A stretch of DNA of 61,708 bases. It comes from Patescibacteria group bacterium. Lineage in GTDB: Bacteria > Patescibacteriota > WWE3 > UBA101185 > UBA10185. Both the position numbers and the translations under genes were made by a program. A model generated the notes under the pieces. That model worked only from the letters and a program-made list of their open reading frames with translations, was not told where the DNA came from and searched no databases. Position 1 is the stretch's first letter, and each line of letters starts with the position of its first letter. Below are positions 54,429-61,708 of this stretch, one piece after another. The DNA lies in NCBI GenBank assembly GCA_041658075.1, contig JBBAAW010000003.1, positions 1-61,708 on the forward strand, given 5' to 3'.

Positions 54429-56267
54429 ATGAAAGATCAGTACGACCATAAAAAGGTGAGTCTAAACGAGTTTTGGGACATCTCCAAGTGGATTTTTGTT
54501 TATTTGATCACTATGAACAGAAAGCTGACTTTGGGTTTTTTAATCTCGGCTTTGCTGGACGCTTTGTGGGGAATTGCCAACGCTTATGTACTTTCCGGGA
54601 TATTAAACAAGGTTATAGACTTGGCGCAAAAAGGTGGAACGCAGTTAAACGATCTGTACCCTTACTTTGGAGTTCTCCTAGGGTTAAATTTAGTTTTTAC
54701 TGGCTTTAGTTTTATTAGAATGTATTGCCGCCGAGGTCTAGACATTGTCACCTCGTCGGAGGTTTGGCGTAGCTACTATAAAAGATTAGAGTTTTTGGGT
54801 ATTCAGATTTTAGAGGGTCCTGAAATGAACAACAAGCTCCAACGAGCGCAAGACGGCATTAACAATATTTCGGATTATTTTCAACAGACAGTTGAGTTTT
54901 TAAAAAGTCTTTTTACTTTAATAATTTCTATTATAATTGTTGTTAAAATAGCGCCCTTAGTTATGCTTGTAATGTTTATCCTTTCCATACCGAGGTTTTT
55001 AGTGGACAGAAGGTTTAGATCTCTTGTTTGGTCGTGGGGCTATACAAATACGGAAGGTAGGAGGAAGGCCAGTTCCAATGCCAACATTCTTTCTAATTCG
55101 GTAAATCTTTTGGAGATCTCTGTGATAAAGGCACAGGGCTTTTTGGACAATAAATTTAGGACTTTTTATGATTTTTTTAATTCCAAGGCGTTAAAGATTC
55201 GTAAGTCGTGGTTATCCTCGTCTTTTATCTTTTCTGTAGTAGCCGACACCGCGTCGTATTTTGGCTACCTTTATCTTTTTGCTAAATACCTTGCTAAAGC
55301 GATAAACATTGGTCAGGTTTTCTTTTACATCAGGATGATTGATATGTTTCAGCGCTCTTTAACACAAACATTCGATTGGATGAACAATCTTTTTGAGTTC
55401 TCCATTCGTTTTAGGGAGCTGTATATGGTTTTTGTTACCAAACCTGCTTTTGAAGACGGGCATGTTGTTTTGCCAAAACTATTCAAGGGGCCGGAAATCG
55501 AGGTTAAAGATATGTCGTTTAAATATCCCAATTCGGAAAAATTGATCTTCAATAATCTGTCGTTAAAAATAAGAAGTGGTGAAAAGATTGCCATTGTAGG
55601 ACATAATGGTGCAGGGAAAACAACACTCGTAAAACTACTATGTCGTATATATTTGCCAATATCCGGGGAAATCTTGGTAAACGACGCTAAACTGATAGAT
55701 GTAAAGATAGAGTCGTGGTACCAAAACATGGGGGTGCTTTTTCAGGAATTTAATAGCTATCCGCATCTAACAGTTCAAGAGAATATTGCTATAGGCAATC
55801 CCAACGAACCTGTTGATGGTGTTGCTGTTCGGCTAGCAGCCCAAGGCGCAGACGCCATGGAATTTATTGAAGAATTTCCCAATAAGTTTGATCAAATTCT
55901 AAGTGAAAAATTTAAGGGCGGTATTCGCCCGTCTACCGGTCAGTGGCAAAAGTTAGCAATCGCTCGCTTTTTCTACAGAAACGCCCCCTTAGTAATTTTT
56001 GATGAGCCTACCGCATCTATTGACGCGGTGTCGGAATACAATATTTTTAATAAAATTTACGACTTTTTTAAGGAGAAAACCGTGATTATAATTTCCCATA
56101 GATTTTCCACAGTACGAAATGCTGATAGAATTATCGTTTTAGATCACGGGGAGATTATAGAGCAGGGCACGCACAACTTTCTAATGGGTAATAACGGTTA
56201 TTACGCCAAGGCCTTTAACTTGCAGGCCAAAGGTTATAACACTAATGGATTTGGCGAAGACTATTGA
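54429..56267 (+). CDS. ABC transporter, fused permease/ATPase (exporter type)
   Basis: Six-TM N-terminal half. Walker A GHNGAGKTT, signature STGQWQKLAIAR, and Walker B LVIFDEPTASID. The track start is 54420 (TTG). Confidence 0.85.
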   Translation: MKDQYDHKKVSLNEFWDISKWIFVYLITMNRKLTLGFLISALLDALWGIANAYVLSGILNKVIDLAQKGGTQLNDLYPYFGVLLGLNLVFTGFSFIRMYCRRGLDIVTSSEVWRSYYKRLEFLGIQILEGPEMNNKLQRAQDGINNISDYFQQTVEFLKSLFTLIISIIIVVKIAPLVMLVMFILSIPRFLVDRRFRSLVWSWGYTNTEGRRKASSNANILSNSVNLLEISVIKAQGFLDNKFRTFYDFFNSKALKIRKSWLSSSFIFSVVADTASYFGYLYLFAKYLAKAINIGQVFFYIRMIDMFQRSLTQTFDWMNNLFEFSIRFRELYMVFVTKPAFEDGHVVLPKLFKGPEIEVKDMSFKYPNSEKLIFNNLSLKIRSGEKIAIVGHNGAGKTTLVKLLCRIYLPISGEILVNDAKLIDVKIESWYQNMGVLFQEFNSYPHLTVQENIAIGNPNEPVDGVAVRLAAQGADAMEFIEEFPNKFDQILSEKFKGGIRPSTGQWQKLAIARFFYRNAPLVIFDEPTASIDAVSEYNIFNKIYDFFKEKTVIIISHRFSTVRNADRIIVLDHGEIIEQGTHNFLMGNNGYYAKAFNLQAKGYNTNGFGEDY

Positions 56268-56282
56268 AATCTGCCGCCGATT

Positions 56283-56663
56283 ATGCTAAAATCCCGCGCT
56301 ATGATGTCAAATGGACCATTTACTGTTAAAGAAATGTCCAAGATGTTGGGGAAATCCGACAAGACAGTATATAGAATGTTGGAGTTAGGAAAACTCAAAG
56401 GTTATAAAGAGTTGGACACATGGCAGATATTTTTACCAAGCCACGATAACAATATACTTAATATATTGGACACGTACAACCCACACCATACGCATGTCCA
56501 AGATACAAGTCCTCACACAATAGACAATAGGGTTTCATATAATGGACAGGCGATTAGCCAATCCAGACATTTTGTTAAAGGTTTATTTGTAGGTTTGGTT
56601 TTAGCAATATCACTTGCGTATTTGTTAATAATACTGGGGATCTTAAATATTAGGTGGAATTAG
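56283..56663 (+). CDS. excisionase/MerR-like HTH protein with C-terminal TM helix
   Basis: FTVKEMSKMLGKSDKTVYRMLELGKLKGYK HTH. C-terminal helix GLFVGLVLAISLAYLLIILGIL. Confidence 0.5.
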   Translation: MLKSRAMMSNGPFTVKEMSKMLGKSDKTVYRMLELGKLKGYKELDTWQIFLPSHDNNILNILDTYNPHHTHVQDTSPHTIDNRVSYNGQAISQSRHFVKGLFVGLVLAISLAYLLIILGILNIRWN

Positions 56664-56697
56664 TTAATCTTTGCTATTATACCTATGTCAATTTCTA

Positions 56698-56772
56698 GCC
56701 CCCGTAGTTCAACGGACAGAATAGGCCCGTCCTAAGGGTTAGATGGGGGTTCAATTCCCTCCGGGGGCACCA
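56698..56772 (+). tRNA. tRNA-Arg(CCT)
   Basis: 75-nt cloverleaf. Anticodon loop GTCCTAA, encoded CCA. Confidence 0.85.
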
Positions 56773-56793
56773 CTTTGAAAATGAGGAGAATAA

Positions 56794-56870
56794 CGGGGAC
56801 TGGCGCAATTGGCTAGCGCGCTGCTTTCGGGTAGCAGAGGTTCGCGGTTCAAGTCCGCGGTCCCCGACCA
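56794..56870 (+). tRNA. tRNA-Pro(CGG)
   Basis: 77 nt. C1:G72 pair, anticodon loop TTCGGGT with G37, encoded CCA. Confidence 0.85.
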
Positions 56871-56888
56871 AATGTAGATCAAGAAAAT

Positions 56889-57482
56889 TTAACCCTCAAT
56901 TTCAAAAGGCTTTTTGTGCCGTTCTAACATTTGCTTTATAAAGTCCAAATGATCTTCAACCTTCATGGTTTTGGCAAAAAATTCTTTAACCACGTCCTCA
57001 ATTACCGCTAAGGATTTTTGGTCCATCTCCTTGAGTCGCTTTTCCTTGTATGACTTTAGATCTGCCTCTACCGACAGATATTCGTTAGCAATTTTGTCGC
57101 GCAACTCCTGTTCCGTCCGTAGCGCGTCTTTATGCAGTTCGACTTTAAATTCCTCCGCTTCTTTTAATACATCGTCCTTAAACTCCGTGGCAGCGGCTTT
57201 TAATTGTTTCTGCACAAATTCTTTTGACTCGTCAACCGCCAAATCCGTTTCTTTTATCATTCTTTTGGCGCGTTCGTTGGACTCTTTAATGATGTTTAGT
57301 GACTTATTTTTTGCTTCTTCCAAAAGCACTAAAGCGCTTCTGTAAGCTTGATCGCGGACATTTTGGTCGTCTTTCTTTTTTCTGTCGTACATTGATGCCA
57401 AAGCCACAAGAAGAAAGCCAAAGAAGGCAAAAATTGTGAGCAGAATTAAAAGAAGGGCAATTATTGGCAGGTTAGAGTTCAT
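56889..57482 (-). CDS. membrane-anchored coiled-coil protein (ATP synthase b-subunit-like architecture)
   Basis: 197 aa. One N-terminal TM helix followed by a continuous charged helix (LLEEAKNKSLNIIKESNERAKRMIKE...). Confidence 0.35.
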   Translation of the reverse strand: MNSNLPIIALLLILLTIFAFFGFLLVALASMYDRKKKDDQNVRDQAYRSALVLLEEAKNKSLNIIKESNERAKRMIKETDLAVDESKEFVQKQLKAAATEFKDDVLKEAEEFKVELHKDALRTEQELRDKIANEYLSVEADLKSYKEKRLKEMDQKSLAVIEDVVKEFFAKTMKVEDHLDFIKQMLERHKKPFEIEG

Positions 57483-57514
57483 GATGTTAATTTATCACAC
57501 GGAATGACGCTTGT

Positions 57515-58339
57515 CTAAAGCACCAGTATCAAGTAAGCCAGAGCCAGTCCAATTAGCATAACGCCAAAGGAAAGTATCATATTAAAGATCATGGCGGTTC
57601 TAATGCTACCTTGCGCCAGAGGGTTTCTGCCCATAGCTTCAATGCTCCGTCCCGAGCTTTTTCCAAAAGTGGAAAATCCTATGATAAATGTGGCAGCCAC
57701 AATTAACGCGGCTAAAATATATCTTAGCGACTCCACGGGGTTTAAGAGGGGAGACAGCGCTCCTGATCTTATGGCATCAAGCAGATTAGTTTTGACATTG
57801 TTATTTATGTAGGCGGTTTTGGGCTCAATAATGGACCAAACAAGCCCGGGTACATTTGGGTCGGCGGGATTATAGTCATCCAAAGCCTTACCAATAACAA
57901 AGCCTGTTTTGTCAGCTTTTTGACCTATCCCAGCAACACCGGATGATGTTATATAATCGCCCTTTTTAACGTCGCCATTTGAATTTGATACCAAAACCTG
58001 CGCTTCGCCTGCCTGCATAATGAGTCGACTTTTTGTATCTTCATTGTTGTCAACCAAACTTAGGGACGAGCTTTCCACCACCACGCCAAAAATTTCGGTG
58101 TCAAAGGGCTCTTTGGTTAGCGTAAATTCGCCGTTTTTATGGGCTACAATTTGACCAGGTTTTGCGTCCTCGTTTATTACCTGCAAACTAGTGGAGGTGC
58201 CTCTAGCCATTCCAGGCGTTTCCGCTAAGACTTTTTGATTGGGTAAAAAGATCGACAAGGAAAAGATAAGCAATGTCAATAATGTTAAAGTTGCTTTGAT
58301 TTTGGGCACAGTTTGAGTATACAATAGGTACAGCATCAT
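57515..58339 (-). CDS. secreted-domain protein fused to a c-subunit-like two-helix hairpin
   Basis: 274 aa. Signal or anchor sequence and a beta-rich ectodomain of about 170 aa. Two C-terminal TM helices are joined by the loop GRSIEAMGRNPLAQGSIR, which resembles the R-Q/N-P loop of F-type c subunits. Confidence 0.4.
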   Translation of the reverse strand: MMLYLLYTQTVPKIKATLTLLTLLIFSLSIFLPNQKVLAETPGMARGTSTSLQVINEDAKPGQIVAHKNGEFTLTKEPFDTEIFGVVVESSSLSLVDNNEDTKSRLIMQAGEAQVLVSNSNGDVKKGDYITSSGVAGIGQKADKTGFVIGKALDDYNPADPNVPGLVWSIIEPKTAYINNNVKTNLLDAIRSGALSPLLNPVESLRYILAALIVAATFIIGFSTFGKSSGRSIEAMGRNPLAQGSIRTAMIFNMILSFGVMLIGLALAYLILVL

Positions 58340-58346
58340 TGCGAAT

Positions 58347-59033
58347 ATGAGTCTTACACATTTTAAAAAAAAGTTTTGGACTGTTTTCCCTAATACACTG
58401 ATTTTTTTGGGTGTTGGGTTGGTTTTATTAGCAGTAGTGCCTTATTTGCGCGACGAGATTTGGTACTTTTTAAAGCAAAAAAAGGGACAGGAATTTGTAC
58501 TTGGCGGAAGTGGCCAAAGGGATAGTGTGTTCGCACGATATTTATCATCTAAACCAATCTTAGTAGAGCCTGTTGATAGGCAGTTTGGTATCGTTATAGA
58601 AAAAATTGGGGTAAATGCACCCGTAGTGGCGGATGTAGCGGTGTCGGACGAAGTTGCTTATCGAGAATCTCTCAAGTACGGGGTGGCTCATGCATCAAGT
58701 TCCTCCTACCCATCAAAAGAACCGGGAAATGTTTATCTGTTTGCTCATTCGTCACTAAACTTTTGGGAACTAGGCAAGTATGCACAGGTTTTTAACTTGC
58801 TACGAAAGCTTGAAGCAGGGGATAGGGTGCATATTTTTTATGAGGAGAGCGATTTTGAATATCGCGTGGTAAATAAAGAAGTTTACAAAGGTTTTAACAC
58901 TTACGCTTTAACACGCCCGGTTATAGAGCCTCTGCTGACTATGCAAACTTGCGACCCTCCCGGGACCACACTAAACAGGTTAGTGGTTATTGCTAAGTTA
59001 GTGAATGTAAAAAGTAATCAACGTGTTATCTGA
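58347..59033 (+). CDS. sortase
   Basis: TM anchor, NVYLFAHSS His motif, LLTMQTCDPPGT catalytic Cys, and an NRLVV Arg. Confidence 0.8.
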   Translation: MSLTHFKKKFWTVFPNTLIFLGVGLVLLAVVPYLRDEIWYFLKQKKGQEFVLGGSGQRDSVFARYLSSKPILVEPVDRQFGIVIEKIGVNAPVVADVAVSDEVAYRESLKYGVAHASSSSYPSKEPGNVYLFAHSSLNFWELGKYAQVFNLLRKLEAGDRVHIFYEESDFEYRVVNKEVYKGFNTYALTRPVIEPLLTMQTCDPPGTTLNRLVVIAKLVNVKSNQRVI

Positions 59034-60237
59034 TCCCAATAGTATAAAGATCGGTTTGACCGGAAGACTTAAAAGAGGTTGAAACCACCAACTTGTCGCC
59101 TCCCGGAGCTACAAACACCTTGTTGGAGTAAAGAGTATTATTATAGATTTCCGTTTTATTAGTGCCGTCAATCCTAATTATGTAAATGGTGCCCCGTTTG
59201 TTGGCGTCGACATCACCTTCTGTGAGAATTAGATGAAAACTATCCGAATACCAGCTTATTTGAGGTTGCGGGTCGGTTGTGTTAGTGGTAAAAACTACTG
59301 CATCGATTTGCTCGCCCACCGGCAAGGGTTTTTCCGAATTGTAGACTCGGTATTCAATTTGATTCCCGTTTAGCTTTTTATAGAGAAACTTTTTTTCATC
59401 CGGTGCCCAAATAGAGTCTTTGGACACTGCTTGTTCCTGAAGTTCCTGCGGGATATCCAGTTTTTCTATAAAGGCTTTGCGTTTTTCCAATATGTCGGTG
59501 TCCCAGCCCGTTCTTACAACTTCGACCTGTGTTTCTAGCAAGATGTTTTGCACGGTTTTATCGACCAGATTAAAAAGCTGATATTTCTTGTTGTTCAGTT
59601 GAATTAGTAGAGTTTTTTCATCCGGCGACCATTCAAGCGATTTACTCTGTGAGTACTTAATTAATGATGTATCTTTTAGTACAACGCTGGGAGTTGATTT
59701 AAAAAGGCTAAGGGTACCTTCGGACAAAGAAACTACCCAAATCCCTGGGGTTTCCGCATCATCAGAAAGAAAAGTAAGTTTGGTTAAAGTGGGAGAGATA
59801 GTAGGATTTTTTGCTCCTGTATTGGTTAAGGGCTCTAGCCTGGGGGTTTGGGAAATTAAGACAGCAGTAATGTCAGTGGCAAGTTCGGGAAATACCTCAA
59901 TTTCTTTGGTCCATACGGCGAATCCGTTTTTTACTACCTTTAATAGGTGTTTTCCCGGTTCCACGCCGGGTATAGTGTTATTAGTTGCAGTGGCTAGGAC
60001 TCCATTTATATAGACATTGGCACCCTGCGGAATGGATTTTACGCTTACCATGCCAGTGGACCTTATTTGAACAATGCTGGTGTCCTTGTCTTTTTTGAGT
60101 CGGTATCCTCCAGCATACAAGAAAATGGCTGTGGTGAGAGCTAACAGGCATACGGCTGTAACCGCCATTTGAAAAATTTCTTTGCTGGGTTTAGGTATTT
60201 TTATTGATTTTACATTTGCTATGAACTGGTCTGTCAT
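59026..60237 (-). CDS. PEGA-domain / TolB-like beta-propeller repeat protein
   Basis: TM anchor. PEGA-like SVKSIPQGANVYINGV...GKHLLKVVKNGF. Repeated SPDEK/APDEK/APGGDK propeller-blade starts. Confidence 0.6.
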   Translation of the reverse strand: MTDQFIANVKSIKIPKPSKEIFQMAVTAVCLLALTTAIFLYAGGYRLKKDKDTSIVQIRSTGMVSVKSIPQGANVYINGVLATATNNTIPGVEPGKHLLKVVKNGFAVWTKEIEVFPELATDITAVLISQTPRLEPLTNTGAKNPTISPTLTKLTFLSDDAETPGIWVVSLSEGTLSLFKSTPSVVLKDTSLIKYSQSKSLEWSPDEKTLLIQLNNKKYQLFNLVDKTVQNILLETQVEVVRTGWDTDILEKRKAFIEKLDIPQELQEQAVSKDSIWAPDEKKFLYKKLNGNQIEYRVYNSEKPLPVGEQIDAVVFTTNTTDPQPQISWYSDSFHLILTEGDVDANKRGTIYIIRIDGTNKTEIYNNTLYSNKVFVAPGGDKLVVSTSFKSSGQTDLYTIGIR

Positions 60238-60277
60238 CTAAGAGATTATACATCAAAAAGAGGTATATAATTGACAC

Positions 60278-61366
60278 ATGCTTATCGGAGTAGATTGTTC
60301 CCATCTTACAGAGGAAGGTCGGACCGGAACGGAAAATTATTTGTACAGTGTGCTTAAAAATCTTGCGGTTACAGATGCAGAAAATGAGTACCTTTTATAT
60401 TTTAGAGTTGAGCCCTCCAAATTATTTTGGGATGATATTTGCGGACAAAAGAGAAAATGGAGGTATAAGGTAATTGACTCCAAGGTTTCCTGGGTACAAG
60501 TTGGCTTAGCTAGAGCGACATTTTTGGACAAGCCAGATAGACTTTTATGTACTTGGCATACCCTGCCGATTCTTCACCGTCGACAAACAAAAATAATCTC
60601 TGTTATTCATGATTTTTCATGCAGTGTAATGAGAAGTTACCCGCTTTACGCTAGTTTGTTACTCTCTTACAGGCTGATTGGAGTTTCTGAATATACCTAT
60701 AAGGGGATATTGACACGCGTTCCCTGGAGAAGGGAGAGCGTGTATAAACAGCATGAAGGGGTAGATTTGTCGAAGTATAAAAAAACTGACGCCGAGGGCA
60801 TTAATGCAACTAAAAAAAAGTATTTGCTGGATAGACCCTATTTTCTTTCCGTGGGAACTTTAAACAAAAGGAAAAATTTGGAAAACATGATTACAGCATT
60901 TTCATTGTTGCTAGAGGAGAGTCAGAATCGAGATATCGATTATGTAATAGTAGGAAAATGTATTAAAGGTTACGAATCTATCTACGATTTTGTGAAGAAA
61001 GTTAGATTTGGAGGTAGAATAAAGTTTCTTGGCCGTTTGAATGACGATGATGTTGTTAACTTATACTCAGGTGCTTTATCGTTACTGTATATTTCTAAAG
61101 ATGAGGGTTTTGGTTTGCCCGTTTTAGAGGCTATGGCGTGCGGATGTAATGTTGTAACATCCAGTATTGCGCCTATGAAAGAGGTGGGTGGAAACACCGT
61201 CATTTTTGCCGACCCAAATAATGTCGAGTCAATAAAAAAAGCCCTTTATTATGTTATTAATCCAAAGAATAAAATGAGTCTTACGGATAAAAAGCTGGCG
61301 GGTTTGGCAAGAGCAAAAACATTTAGTTGGAAGAACTGCGCAAATTTCTTGAAGAATATTTATTAA
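60278..61366 (+). CDS. family 4 (GT-B) glycosyltransferase
   Basis: EGFGLPVLEAMACGCNVVTS motif. 362 aa. Confidence 0.8.
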   Translation: MLIGVDCSHLTEEGRTGTENYLYSVLKNLAVTDAENEYLLYFRVEPSKLFWDDICGQKRKWRYKVIDSKVSWVQVGLARATFLDKPDRLLCTWHTLPILHRRQTKIISVIHDFSCSVMRSYPLYASLLLSYRLIGVSEYTYKGILTRVPWRRESVYKQHEGVDLSKYKKTDAEGINATKKKYLLDRPYFLSVGTLNKRKNLENMITAFSLLLEESQNRDIDYVIVGKCIKGYESIYDFVKKVRFGGRIKFLGRLNDDDVVNLYSGALSLLYISKDEGFGLPVLEAMACGCNVVTSSIAPMKEVGGNTVIFADPNNVESIKKALYYVINPKNKMSLTDKKLAGLARAKTFSWKNCANFLKNIY

Positions 61367-61431
61367 ATCTTCTCACTTTCATATTCTGTCATATTGACAG
61401 GATATTTTTATCATGTAAAGTGTATTAAGTT

Positions 61432-61708
61432 ATGCAAGAAACAGCTTTTAACGAAAAACTATACACTTCAACAGAGGTCGCCCAAATACTAGGAGTTAGT
61501 TTAAGAAGCATTTACAGGTATTTAGATGAAAACAAAATTCAAGCCGCAGTAAAAACAGCCACAGGGAGACATAGATTCACTAAAGAAAATATAAATGACT
61601 TTCTTCATCCATCGGTTCAGAGGCCGGTTCAGCCTGTTGAGGTTAAGGAACCCTCTTACCATGAAATAAGTAAACAGGTTGAGCATAAGTATGACAAAGA
61701 AGAAGAGA
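61432..61708 (+). CDS. excisionase-type HTH protein (partial, runs off the window)
   Basis: Own translation: MQETAFNEKLYTSTEVAQILGVSLRSIYRYLDENKIQAAV..GRHRFTKENINDFL with no stop to the window end. TTGACA at 61394-61399 lies upstream. Confidence 0.55.
   Translation, partial: MQETAFNEKLYTSTEVAQILGVSLRSIYRYLDENKIQAAVKTATGRHRFTKENINDFLHPSVQRPVQPVEVKEPSYHEISKQVEHKYDKEEE

Overview
This is a 61.7-kb AT-rich chromosomal fragment. Sampled 60-nt lines give about 33-42% G+C by hand count. Gene content and style fit a Candidate Phyla Radiation / Patescibacteria (Microgenomates-like) bacterium. This placement is an inference, because no 16S rRNA gene is present in the window.

Supporting traits:
- a 23S rRNA gene interrupted by two ORF-less group I introns
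- a tRNA-Ala/23S/5S unit without 16S
- six tRNAs that all encode their 3' CCA
- a DNA-uptake gene set (dprA, comM, comEA, split comEC)
- two sortases with an LPXTG substrate
- Pro-Thr-linker surface proteins
- several GT-C/GT2/GT4 envelope glycosylation genes

Housekeeping genes I recognise: trpS, rpsA, clpC-radA, rel, rho, obg, leuS, argS, ndk, an M23/LysM peptidase and an ABC exporter.

The accessory part spans about 14.7-31.5 kb. It carries a COG1373-type ATPase, two AbiEi/AbiEii pairs and a kinase-like/PP2C-like two-gene operon.

The most unusual content is three compositionally foreign single-gene cassettes, A at 240-1264, B at 18049-18645 and C at 22325-23573. Sampled lines in them give 55-68% G+C. 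Each sits behind an AT-rich, host-like promoter and a structured leader. Each has a strong Shine-Dalgarno site and ends in a long-loop GC-rich hairpin. Cassettes B and C bracket the kinase-like operon, and this 17.7-23.6 kb block is my best candidate for an undescribed system.

A conserved promoter box (CCCATAGTATTTGACA) recurs at accessory-gene junctions, and several genes appear leaderless.

I saw no CRISPR array, transposase, integrase or reverse transcriptase.
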